Assembly (NCBI GenBank): GCA_002796835.1
Contig: LUGL01000023.1
Location: 24,385-73,268 of the forward strand
From: Elainella saxicola E1
GTDB taxonomy: Bacteria; Cyanobacteriota; Cyanobacteriia; Elainellales; Elainellaceae
Direction: 5' to 3'
DNA: 48,884 nucleotides
Of the stretch, positions 35,984 to 45,175 are shown piece by piece. A model generated the notes under the pieces. It ran no database searches and was not told the origin of the DNA. It was given only the letters and a program-made list of their open reading frames with translations. The stretch's first letter is position 1, and every line of letters begins with the position of its first letter. The position numbers were made by a program, and so were the translations under genes.

Positions 35984-36338
35984 TGAGCCTGATGCTGAAC
36001 TGCCGAGCTTTGACTGCAAATCACCGAGCTTCGTGCATGAACCACTGCGCTTTGCGCTTGAATCATTAAGCTTCACGACTGAACGAACGATCTTTGTGCA
36101 TGAACCATTGCGCTTGACTGCTGAATAATTGAGCTTCAAGCATGAACGATCGAGCCTTGACTGCGAATGACTGAACTTGACGGCTGAACTGGCGAGCTTT
36201 GACTACGAACTACCGAGCTTCACGCACGGACAATTGAGCTTCATGGCTGAACGATCGAGCTTTGAGCACAAAGGGTAGAAGTTGGACTGGCAATAATTGA
36301 GGCTTGCGTATGAGTGATCGATCCCACAACTATAAGCT
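35984..36338. repeat. non-coding degenerate tandem array of ~16 units of ~21 bp, each made of three heptamers: [TGAACnn][nnGAGCT][TnGACnn]
   Basis: Units read directly: tgaactgccgagctttgac / tgcaaatcaccgagcttcg / tgcatgaaccactgcgctttgcgc / ttgaatcattaagcttcacg / ... / gctgaacgatcgagctttgag. No ORF of 60 aa or more in 35876-36884. Confidence 0.75.
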
Positions 36339-36884
36339 TGCAAGAACGAGTTGGTAAACAAGCCTTTTCTCTTTGTATTACACTCTGTCGAACGTTTTAG
36401 GTTTAATTAGGTTGATCTACGTATCAAGAGTACAATTAAAACTAGCCCACCAATCTGTTAACCATTTTCCGCTCTAGGTAGTCACTCCGCAGACTGTACG
36501 GGTGCGTTTAGCCGATGGATTTACTGTATGCGAAGGGGGCTGGGCAAAACCCGTTCTACCGAATGTCCGACCTTCTTTGAACAATTCAAGCAGCGAAAGT
36601 AACAGGTGTAGAAACCTGATGTCTATCAGGACTGGCTGCCGAAAGAGTTACCTCAGTAACCAGTTTTCCTTCATGCTAGAAGCTTCACCTGTTGTCAACG
36701 CCATTTGAATTGATATTGCTCATACAAAAAATGCTGTTTGTGCAAATATTAATATTTTTAACGTACAAGCGTTTGGCTTTTGCTGATAGAATCCAACGTA
36801 ACTTTGATTTGCTTGAATCTAGCATTGATTCAGTCTTAATCGGGTCAAACGATCTGTATTGTAAGTTACCGTGTTGAGGAGATA

Positions 36885-38777
36885 ATGACAAATTCTGCCC
36901 CCTCGTCTATTCCAGCCGCTCAAACCGCCATTGCTTTTGTCGATCGCACAGTACCCGATTACAAAACGCTGACTGCCGCGCTAAAACCAGGAACGCAGGT
37001 TTATCTTCTCAACTCAAGCGAAAACGAAATTACTCAAATCGATCAGATTTTAGCAAACTACAGTAACGTTACCAGTCTCACCCTAATTACTCATGGTGAT
37101 GTTGGCAGTGTGCAGCTTGGTGACATCCATTTGAATTCAAATAATATTAAACAGTATGCGGCAGACTTGCAGAAATGGTCGGATGCACTAGCGCCAGGAG
37201 CCGATCTGTTGTTCTACGGCTGCAATGTTGCCATGGGTGAGCAGGGCCAAACCTTGTTGCAGCAACTTCATCAGCTAACGGGAGCAGATATAGCCGCCTC
37301 AGATGACTTGACCGGCAGTCCGATCGTCGGGGGTGACTGGGATTTGGAATATCAGATGGGCAAGATTGACGCATCCAATTTGCTCAACATTGGATCTGAA
37401 GTCACCTATCCTTACCCGTTAGAGAGTTCATCCAAGGCAGCTAATTCCGCTTTGCGCGATCTTGTTCTAGACGCAGTGCGTCAGGTTCATTTCGATCGCG
37501 TGATTGACTATGGTCCCGTTGAAGATCTGTTTAACGTAACCCCTGCCCCTCGGATTGCCTACACGCCCAGTGTCGATGTTGCCGTGATTCAACTGGATGA
37601 AGAAGGCAATGCTGAAGCAGTCGCCAATGTCCTCCTCTCGCGGGATTATAAAAAAGGCTTAGCGGTTCCAATCAACGACAACTATGGAACTGATGCAGTG
37701 CGCTGGCGGAAATGGGATATCGATCGCTGGAATGGTGGCACTTTTGCCGATGATGGCACTCAACTCAGCAGCAAGGGCTGGAAAACAAATCCAACCTTTA
37801 CGCCCTCAGATGACATTGTGCGGGGACAGCAGAATACGCGCTATCAATTCATGGCTCCCTATCCCGCCTCTTTGTTCAAAATTATCGTGGCCTATTACAT
37901 CATGCATCTGGTAGATGAAGGCACCTTATCGCTTGATCAGCGCTATACCTATTCTGAAACGGGTGAAACGCGCAAGCTGCGCAGTTGGATGAATCCGATG
38001 ATCACCTATTCCGACAACGAATCGACGCGGGCTTTGCTCAAACTGCTGCATGATAAAAATCAAGTCAAAGCCATGAATGCTGAATTGCGCAATCTTGGTT
38101 TAGGAACGCTTCAGATTAACGGCACTGATCCCGAAACGGGTGGAAATTGGCAACCGGGTAAAATTCACATGACTGCATTGGATACCGCTCGTTTATTCTG
38201 GTTAATTGATGGCAATAGCGACGAGGACCAGACGCTGTGGGAACGACCAAACGGTGAATCGGTGACTTCAGAAGAACTGTCAGACTCGTCTCGTGATTAT
38301 CTGAAACGGTTACTCACCAATCAAGGGTTCAACGAAGTCCTGTCCACTTCTAATTTCGGTACCTATCGAGAAAAAGGAACCCTCAAAGGTGCTGCCAACA
38401 CTCGTCCTGGTATTCCTGCAATTGTTCCTGCTCGTTGGATCGATCCAAAAGATGGCACCGTGACCGTTGATGGAGTGCCTTATGGTCAAGATGTTCGGCC
38501 CTTCAACCGGAAAGCTGCTGAAGTTACGTTTGCCCACAAAACTGGTCTGACACAGAACTATGGTTCAGATGCTGGAATCGTAGAATCGCTGCCCGGTAAG
38601 CCCTATCGCCATTACATCATCGCGTTTCTCTCCAATTTGGGCTACCGTTATGCCGATCCTGTCTTTGCAAATCAGACCACCTACCCCTATCTCGATCCCG
38701 GCATTGCCTATACTCAACGCATTCCTGCCTTAGGCAAGCAAATTGATCAGGGCATCAAAGCTGCTAGTCCCGACTAG
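36885..38777 (+). CDS. fusion protein: N-terminal DUF4347 domain plus C-terminal class-A beta-lactamase-like serine hydrolase domain
   Basis: 630 aa. N-terminus (IAFVDRTVPDYKTLTAAL...LITHGDVGSVQLGD...LLFYGCNVAMGEQGQTLLQQLHQLTGADIAASDDLTGSPIVGGDWDLEY) matches DUF4347 as remembered. C-terminal part has SxxK (PASLFK), SDN (TYSDNESTRALL), a possible omega-loop E (LWERPNGE) and KTG (FAHKTGL). Confidence 0.8.
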   Translation: MTNSAPSSIPAAQTAIAFVDRTVPDYKTLTAALKPGTQVYLLNSSENEITQIDQILANYSNVTSLTLITHGDVGSVQLGDIHLNSNNIKQYAADLQKWSDALAPGADLLFYGCNVAMGEQGQTLLQQLHQLTGADIAASDDLTGSPIVGGDWDLEYQMGKIDASNLLNIGSEVTYPYPLESSSKAANSALRDLVLDAVRQVHFDRVIDYGPVEDLFNVTPAPRIAYTPSVDVAVIQLDEEGNAEAVANVLLSRDYKKGLAVPINDNYGTDAVRWRKWDIDRWNGGTFADDGTQLSSKGWKTNPTFTPSDDIVRGQQNTRYQFMAPYPASLFKIIVAYYIMHLVDEGTLSLDQRYTYSETGETRKLRSWMNPMITYSDNESTRALLKLLHDKNQVKAMNAELRNLGLGTLQINGTDPETGGNWQPGKIHMTALDTARLFWLIDGNSDEDQTLWERPNGESVTSEELSDSSRDYLKRLLTNQGFNEVLSTSNFGTYREKGTLKGAANTRPGIPAIVPARWIDPKDGTVTVDGVPYGQDVRPFNRKAAEVTFAHKTGLTQNYGSDAGIVESLPGKPYRHYIIAFLSNLGYRYADPVFANQTTYPYLDPGIAYTQRIPALGKQIDQGIKAASPD

Positions 38778-38837
38778 AGAACCCAACGAGAGAAACTGTA
38801 CGATCGACTCATCGTTGATTCACTTAAGCGAGAAACG

Positions 38838-39219
38838 TATGGATACCAACTATGAGCAGCAGATCATGGACTGTGAGCAGTGTCTTCTGGAAGCGATGAA
38901 AACCAGCAATGTCGAACTTCTAGATCAACTACTCCACGATGATTTGCTGTTCAATGGACCGACCGGAGAAACAGCGACCAAAGCGATCGATCTGGCCAAT
39001 TACCGATCGGGCAATATCAATCTGCAGATGGTTGAGTCGAGTGATCACAGACTGAGTGCGATCGGTAATGATGTGGTGGTTGCGGTTACGGTGGAGATCA
39101 AAGGCAATTATTTGGGGCAAGTGATTGATGGTAAATATCGCTATCTCAGGGTTTGGCAGCAATTTGACAGCCACTGGAAAGTGATTGCAGGCAGTGTTGT
39201 TGCCTTATCGAGTTCCTAA
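38838..39219 (+). CDS. NTF2-like / SnoaL-DUF4440-like small protein
   Basis: The track ORF from 38743 overlaps the upstream gene, so the ATG at 38838 (MDTNYEQQIMD...) is preferred. About 127 aa with NTF2-like-fold features (...LLFNGPTGE...YRYLRVWQQFDSHWKVIAGSVV). Confidence 0.5.
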
Positions 39220-39421
39220 AATCATCTGCCTCCGGCATATTTGGAAAAAATCGTTAAAGTGTGCCGTATTACGCCCATTTTGTCAATAGCGTGGCTAAAA
39301 TTGTTGGGAAAGCCTTTTTTCGATCGAACCATCGAGAGCATTGGGGCTTTTGCTGGATTACTAAACCAAGCAATCTGAACTTCGTTGACCATTAGCCTCA
39401 CGATTAGAGGACGATGCACTT

Positions 39422-39565
39422 ATGACAGACTTAAATCGAGGAATCATGAAATTCAAAGAGGCAGATAGTCTGCCTTTGGTGGCACTTTCCGGTGTCGTCA
39501 TCCTGGGAGCGATCGGTTTTCTCATTCTCTGGGCGCTAGAATCGGCCTACACGCTGGGCCTGTGA
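39422..39565 (+). CDS. candidate 47-aa single-TM small protein (MTDLNRGIMKFKEADSLPLVALSGVVILGAIGFLILWALESAYTLGL)
   Basis: Short ORF below the track cutoff; GAGGA before the ATG (alternative ATG at 39446 has GAGGAA 4 nt upstream). One hydrophobic helix. A hairpin plus T6 follows about 60 bp downstream. Confidence 0.25.
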   Translation: MTDLNRGIMKFKEADSLPLVALSGVVILGAIGFLILWALESAYTLGL

Positions 39566-39627
39566 TGGCACTGATGCGAATCAGGTCATAAAATTGATCA
39601 CGTTTTTACAATCAAACTTCCTAACAT

Positions 39628-39656
39628 CGAGCAGCCAAGGTTGAGCTGCTTTTTTA
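39628..39656 (+). terminator. putative Rho-independent terminator
   Basis: GCAGCcaaggttgaGCTGCTTTTTT. Confidence 0.4.
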
Positions 39657-40084
39657 GTAGATTGATGGAATCGACTTGTCGAATACTACATTCGTGCTAC
39701 AATGTGTAAATTCCCAAACTGAGTTTCAAGTTTTATGTTAATTCAGGCCCCTCAGTTCCACAGAATTGTCTTGATGCATTAACCATCTTCGCAGGCAGAG
39801 CAACGGTTCTGTCAGATTCTCCAGGTTAGATATCATTCATGGTTCGTGAAGATTGGGATGGTTCCTTGCTTAGCAAAGCGGCTAGGCAGGATGCTTGTGT
39901 TGCGATCGCCACCCATTCCACAAAAATATTGCACAAGTTTGATCAGATTTTAGGTCAACCATTTAGATCTACTACTTTGGGAAATGCAGTCATATATAAG
40001 AAATGCAGTCACCGTATTCTGACCTGCGTTCAATTCTGCATTCTCGGCAAGATGAAACAGAAATAAACATGTAGGAGGAAAGGA

Positions 40085-41902
40085 GTGCATAGGCTCAAAT
40101 ATATCTTTGAATACTACCGATCGTATTGGTCACTATCAATTTTCAGCATTACTGCTAGCAGCGTCTTTGAAGTGATTGATTTAGCTGTACCCTATGCGAT
40201 CGGACAATTGCTCAACTTACTGTCCAATCAGCCGATCGATCGACTGTTACAGCAAGGAATTGATCAAATTGCCACGATGACAGGACAGGTAAGCGATCGA
40301 ACCTTTGGATTGATCGTTTTGCTGGGCATCATTTTTGTCGTGACGGTGGTCCGGGCACCGATTCAGCCCTGGTTAAGCGGCTGGTTTCACTGGGATATTG
40401 CGTTCAAAGCCAGACGCGATCATACGATCGAAGCGGTTCGTAAAATTTTGACGTTGCCGTTAGAGTTCTATGATGAGAATAATCCTGGTCGAATTGCCGG
40501 TCGAGTCGCGCGGGGTTTATCCAATCATACCTGGACCTATCCTGAGATTGCGGGCCAGATGATTCCGAAAGTGATTCGGGTAGTCGGTATCTTTGTGATG
40601 ATTCTATTTGTAGAATGGCGAATTGCGATCCTGTTCCTGTTCTCTTTTATTTTCATTCTTAGCTTTACGCTAAAGAATCTGACCAATTTGATGAAGAAAG
40701 AGGAGCGGTTGGATAAATATGAAGAGAACACCGAAAGCCGAACTTCTGAGATCGTCACGAACATTAAAACCGTGAAGGCATTTGCCACCGAAGCAGAGGA
40801 GCTAAAGCGGCAGAGCCAACGGATTCAACGAGAGTTCAAATTTCTGGACTACCGAATTCACAAAGGATACACGCAGCTTTTTTCCTGGCAGCGCCTGGTG
40901 ATTGAGTCATCGGTGTTTATTGTGCTGGCGTTGACGTTATGGGCCACGGTACAAGGACAGCTGTCGCTCGGTCATTTTGTCACCACACTCACGGTTTCCA
41001 GTATGGCCTATGCCGAATTGGAGCCGATTAGTCAGCTAGCAGAAGTGTTTGCTCGTCGCTATGCTTCCATGCAGCGCTTGCAGGAATTTATGGAATTGCC
41101 GACTGGCACAGATGCCGCCAGTTTGCTGGATGCTCCAGAGGCAGTACGTCACTATCAGTTCACAGGCAAAGTTCATTTTGATCAGCTCAGTTTTGCTTAC
41201 AATGCCGATCGCCCGATTTTGCAGAATATCAACTTGCTGATCGAGCCGAATCAAACCGTGGCATTAGTGGGCCGATCGGGGTCGGGTAAATCAACCCTGG
41301 TGAAGCTGCTGTTTCGCTATTTCGATCCGCAGTCGGGCCGCATCTTGATTGACGGTCAGGACATTCGGCAACTGGATGTCACCGGCTATCGCAAACGGTT
41401 GGCGATCGTACACCAGGAAGTGGATGTGTTCAATGGTACGCTGCTGGATAACCTGACTTATGGCAATCCAACGGCCACCCGTGAGGAAGTCGATTTTGCC
41501 TGCCGCATTGCTCGCGTCGATGAGTTTATTCACCTGCTGCCCCAGGGCTATAAAACGATCGTGGGGGAACGAGGGGTACGGCTTTCGGGCGGTCAACGTC
41601 AACGGCTAGGGATCGCGCGAGCGCTGCTGATGAATCCAGATGTGCTGCTGTTTGATGAGGCAACATCCAGTTTGGACTATGAGTCAGAGCGATCGATCCA
41701 GCTTGCCATGCGCAGCATTCTGGGCACTCGGACCACCATCATCATCGCCCACCGGCTGAGTACGGTACGAGAAGCCGACAAAATTGTGGTGCTCGATCAA
41801 GGCCAAATTGTCGAGATCGGCAGTCACGATGAGTTGCTGCATCAAGGCGGCATCTATCGCCGTCTGCACATGCTGCAAGAAACCGGTGAATTAGTCGCCT
41901 AG
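40085..41902 (+). CDS. ABC transporter permease/ATP-binding protein (MsbA-like exporter)
   Basis: 605 aa. GTG start with AGGAGG 8 nt upstream. Six-TM domain, then Walker A GRSGSGKST, signature LSGGQRQRLGIARAL, Walker B LLFDEATS. Confidence 0.9.
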   Translation: MHRLKYIFEYYRSYWSLSIFSITASSVFEVIDLAVPYAIGQLLNLLSNQPIDRLLQQGIDQIATMTGQVSDRTFGLIVLLGIIFVVTVVRAPIQPWLSGWFHWDIAFKARRDHTIEAVRKILTLPLEFYDENNPGRIAGRVARGLSNHTWTYPEIAGQMIPKVIRVVGIFVMILFVEWRIAILFLFSFIFILSFTLKNLTNLMKKEERLDKYEENTESRTSEIVTNIKTVKAFATEAEELKRQSQRIQREFKFLDYRIHKGYTQLFSWQRLVIESSVFIVLALTLWATVQGQLSLGHFVTTLTVSSMAYAELEPISQLAEVFARRYASMQRLQEFMELPTGTDAASLLDAPEAVRHYQFTGKVHFDQLSFAYNADRPILQNINLLIEPNQTVALVGRSGSGKSTLVKLLFRYFDPQSGRILIDGQDIRQLDVTGYRKRLAIVHQEVDVFNGTLLDNLTYGNPTATREEVDFACRIARVDEFIHLLPQGYKTIVGERGVRLSGGQRQRLGIARALLMNPDVLLFDEATSSLDYESERSIQLAMRSILGTRTTIIIAHRLSTVREADKIVVLDQGQIVEIGSHDELLHQGGIYRRLHMLQETGELVA

Positions 41903-41916
41903 ATTGATCTAGAACA

Positions 41917-43356
41917 CTAGATGAGTCCTCGCAGGAGTGCTTGCAATTTCAGCTTCACTTCTGCGAACTCTCGATCGGGATCAGATCCTGCCACAATTCC
42001 AGCTCCGGCATACAGTCGGGCTCGGTTACCGTCCAACAAGGCCGATCGAATTCCCACAATAAATTCAGCATTGCCGTGCATATCCACCCAGCCTAAGGGA
42101 GCGGCATAGAGCGATCGATCGAACTGCTCATAGTGCAAAATTTGCTCACAGGCGGTTTGGCGAGGCATTCCGGCTACGGCTGGGGTGGGATGCAGGGCCG
42201 CTACAATTTCCAGCGGATGCAGGTGATAGGGCAAAGTGGCTTGAATGGGGGTATGCAGGTGTTGAATATTGGCAAGCTGCAGCAAGGTGGGCTCCTGGCT
42301 GTAATGCGGATCCAGGCCGAGGTCGATCAGTTGCTGCATAATAAATTCCACCACCAGCTGATGTTCCCGCCGCTCTTTTTCGTTGTTGATTAAGCAGCGG
42401 GCTGAGGCCGCATCTTCTGTCACGGTTTGGCCACGGGGAGCAGAACCGGCTAAGGCATCTGTAATCAACTTACGATTCCGGATACTCAATAAGCGTTCTG
42501 GACTGGCCCCAATAAAACTCTGCCCTTTGCCGTTACCGACTGAAAAAACATGGCAGTCGGGATGAAGCTGACGTAAGTGATGCAGCGATCGCCCCCACTG
42601 AAACGGCAAATTTGAATTCACATCCACTGCATGAGCTAAAACTAACTTTTTATAGTCTTGTTTATGAATAGATTGCAGTGCAGAAGTCACTGTGGATTTA
42701 AAGTCGTGAGTATCAATAATTTCCCATCGGTTTAATCGATTTTTTTGATCTTCGTTGAAAGTGAAAAAATCATATTGAGCCAGCTGTAATCGTTGAAATT
42801 GATTCCAAATGGTTTGAGTTAACTCACCAATTTTCGATTTACTATCAATTAACCAATTTACAATTGCAAAACAAGCATTCTGCCAACGTACAATTTGCCA
42901 ACGCGGTAAAAACAGAGTTGCTGCCGGAAACGGAGAAAATTTTGTTGAGGCGTGATCAAAAAAGGTAAAGCTGCTAAATAAACAAGGAGCAGTCCAAGGG
43001 GGCTGAACAGCGGGAACAGTTGGGTAATTTGAGAGTAGACGATCGAAACAATTTTGAATAAATGCTTGGGCTTCTATAAATCGATTTGAACTGGTGATTT
43101 CTTTAGAAATTGCTGTATCAAATGCTGCAATCGCTTGATGTTTATCGCGATTCTCAAAATAGAAATGAAGCTGATCGGAATGAGCAAATTTACAAAGGGC
43201 AACTAGTGGATCAATCGTGGGAATTTCTAATGAAAGACTGGCAATTTTAGGCTCTTGATCGGCGATCGATTGCTGCTGACAAAAGTCAAGAAATTGATAT
43301 AACTTTTTACGATCTTGTGAAGAGTCTAAACGGCTAAAGGGCGATTGACATAGCAT
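41917..43356 (-). CDS. menF: isochorismate synthase (phylloquinone/menaquinone pathway)
   Basis: 479 aa. Chorismate-binding C-terminal domain with HPTPAVAG...GIRSALLDGNRARLYAGAGIVAGSDPDREFAEVKLK (ICS-type rather than TrpE/PabB-type). Lies near menA. Confidence 0.8.
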   Translation of the reverse strand: MLCQSPFSRLDSSQDRKKLYQFLDFCQQQSIADQEPKIASLSLEIPTIDPLVALCKFAHSDQLHFYFENRDKHQAIAAFDTAISKEITSSNRFIEAQAFIQNCFDRLLSNYPTVPAVQPPWTAPCLFSSFTFFDHASTKFSPFPAATLFLPRWQIVRWQNACFAIVNWLIDSKSKIGELTQTIWNQFQRLQLAQYDFFTFNEDQKNRLNRWEIIDTHDFKSTVTSALQSIHKQDYKKLVLAHAVDVNSNLPFQWGRSLHHLRQLHPDCHVFSVGNGKGQSFIGASPERLLSIRNRKLITDALAGSAPRGQTVTEDAASARCLINNEKERREHQLVVEFIMQQLIDLGLDPHYSQEPTLLQLANIQHLHTPIQATLPYHLHPLEIVAALHPTPAVAGMPRQTACEQILHYEQFDRSLYAAPLGWVDMHGNAEFIVGIRSALLDGNRARLYAGAGIVAGSDPDREFAEVKLKLQALLRGLI

Positions 43357-43474
43357 TGAAACTCAAAATGTCCTTTGATAATGAACGGTTAAAAATCAAT
43401 TTACCGCTGGAATATAAATACAACTAACACATTATTTAGAGACAGTGCTGAAGGCAAGGACTAAGAGCTGAGTT

Positions 43475-44869
43475 TTATGGTTTCAATAGAGCTTTGTCAA
43501 CGCTGAAATTAGCGCCAGAACCCCCATGCTGTTTGAGCACCCGTAATTGGAAGGGTATGGGCGGCACAAAGGTAATCCCTCGACGAGCAGGATAGCGCAG
43601 GACTTGTAACGAAGAATTGGCCTCAAACTCATACTGTTGAAGCAGCGTCGCTAAAATTAGCTTCATCTCGTAGAGCGCCAGGGCCATGCCGATACAGCTC
43701 CGGTTGCCGCCCCCAAAGGGGAAATATTCGTAAGGAGATAATTTTTCTTGCAAAAAGCGATCGGGCCGAAACTCGGTGGGCTGCGGATAAGTTGCCGATC
43801 GTCGATGGGCCAGATAAATGCAGGGAATCAAGACAGTGCCTGCTACAAACTGATAGCCTTCCAGCTCAACCGATTGCTTGACGCGACGGGGCTGGGCAAT
43901 CAGGGCGATCGGATGCACGCGCAGTGCTTCCTTACAAACCGCAGTTAAATAGGGCTGTTGAGCCAGCATCATTGGATCAGTCGATCCGTTCGCATTGAGT
44001 TCCTGCCGCAAGCGAGCCAGAATTTCAGGTTTTTGAGTTAGCCAATAAAATACCCAGGTTAAACCGGAAGCTGTGGTTTCATGTCCCAACAATAAGAGCG
44101 TCATTAACTGGTCACGCAGTTCTGTATCGCTAAGGGGCTGGCCTTCGCTGTCTCGGGCTGTCATCAACAAAGAGAGAATATCACTGCTGCCTAGTTCGAT
44201 CGGTGGATGGCTGCGTCGTTCGGCAATTTCGGCATAGAGCAACCGATCGATCTGTTGGCGCAACCGCACAAACTGCCCCCAAGGACTCCAGGCTCCCCAA
44301 TCTTGCTGAAGTGGCGGTAGAAAAAACTGAACTGAGTAGAGCGGGGAATTGATACGAGTCAAAAGCTGGTGCAATAAAATCTTGAGCTGCTGAGATCGGG
44401 ATCCCGGCTGGATGCCAAACACAACTTGCAAAATGATTTCCAGCGAAATCTCCAACATCTGATCGAGCACATCGATCGAATTACCGATTGGCCAGCGGGT
44501 TGCCTGGGCGATCTCGCAAATCAGTTTGCCACAGCGATGTAATCCTTCCCTATGCAGAGCGGGCATCAAGAGTTGCCGCTGGTGCTGATGCCGCAGTCCT
44601 TCCTGCATGATCAGAGACTGATCGCCGGTCAACGGACGGAAGACATGGGTGACTTTGCCAAACTCAAAGCGATCGCTCAAAGTCGTAAAAATAGCTTGAA
44701 TCGACTGAGGTTGACTGAAAAATACTACAGGTGGGGAATGGGAACCTAAGACTCGCAGGGTAAAGGTTTCTCCATAACGCTGGGCACAGTTGTCTAAAAA
44801 ACGGGTTGGGTTGCTGATCAGGGAGAGCGTTTGCAGCAACGAAGGCAGGGTAGGACCAGGAGGCAGCAT
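43475..44869 (-). CDS. cytochrome P450
   Basis: Heme-thiolate loop FPFGGGNRSCIGMALA, EXXR (EALRVHP), and an N-terminal MLPPGPTLP typical of P450 starts. ATG at 44869 is preferred over the track TTG at 44935. Confidence 0.85.
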   Translation of the reverse strand: MLPPGPTLPSLLQTLSLISNPTRFLDNCAQRYGETFTLRVLGSHSPPVVFFSQPQSIQAIFTTLSDRFEFGKVTHVFRPLTGDQSLIMQEGLRHQHQRQLLMPALHREGLHRCGKLICEIAQATRWPIGNSIDVLDQMLEISLEIILQVVFGIQPGSRSQQLKILLHQLLTRINSPLYSVQFFLPPLQQDWGAWSPWGQFVRLRQQIDRLLYAEIAERRSHPPIELGSSDILSLLMTARDSEGQPLSDTELRDQLMTLLLLGHETTASGLTWVFYWLTQKPEILARLRQELNANGSTDPMMLAQQPYLTAVCKEALRVHPIALIAQPRRVKQSVELEGYQFVAGTVLIPCIYLAHRRSATYPQPTEFRPDRFLQEKLSPYEYFPFGGGNRSCIGMALALYEMKLILATLLQQYEFEANSSLQVLRYPARRGITFVPPIPFQLRVLKQHGGSGANFSVDKALLKP

Positions 44870-45175
44870 TGCAGTCAGGCCGTCTTTACGAGGCTTATTG
44901 TAGGCATGCCTCTCAGGCTGGCGTTTCCTCCGCAAGGTAGCTTTTTCTGACCCAGCTCCTAAAAAAGTTCAAGTAAAAAAGGCCAAGCAGTTTACGATTC
45001 GTTACGCACTGTGAGCTATGACTCAAGCAGGAAGGGGATTGCGGCAACTTATAATGTTTTCTTGGTATAGCTAACCGCTCAAAGGCTCATTTGATGGCTG
45101 GAAGAATAGCGGCTTTGCGCTTCTTGACTCTAAGTTAGCTCGATCGTCTTTTGAAACAGTGCTTGTGATAATCCC

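Noticed and set aside
35984-36338. Possible CRISPR array
   Set aside because: The period is only ~21 bp with no alternation of conserved repeats and unique spacers. Every unit is a degenerate copy of the same motif and no cas genes are nearby.
36470-36690. Structured RNA such as a group II intron domain V, RNase P or tmRNA fragment upstream of the DUF4347 gene
   Set aside because: The GTATGCG/GTACGGG segments are direct, not complementary. No conserved catalytic motifs were recognised. It is probably just a long 5' UTR or promoter region.
39839-40066. 75-aa ORF upstream of the ABC exporter
   Set aside because: It has no RBS, a Cys/His-rich low-complexity translation, and covers the probable promoter/operator of the ABC gene.
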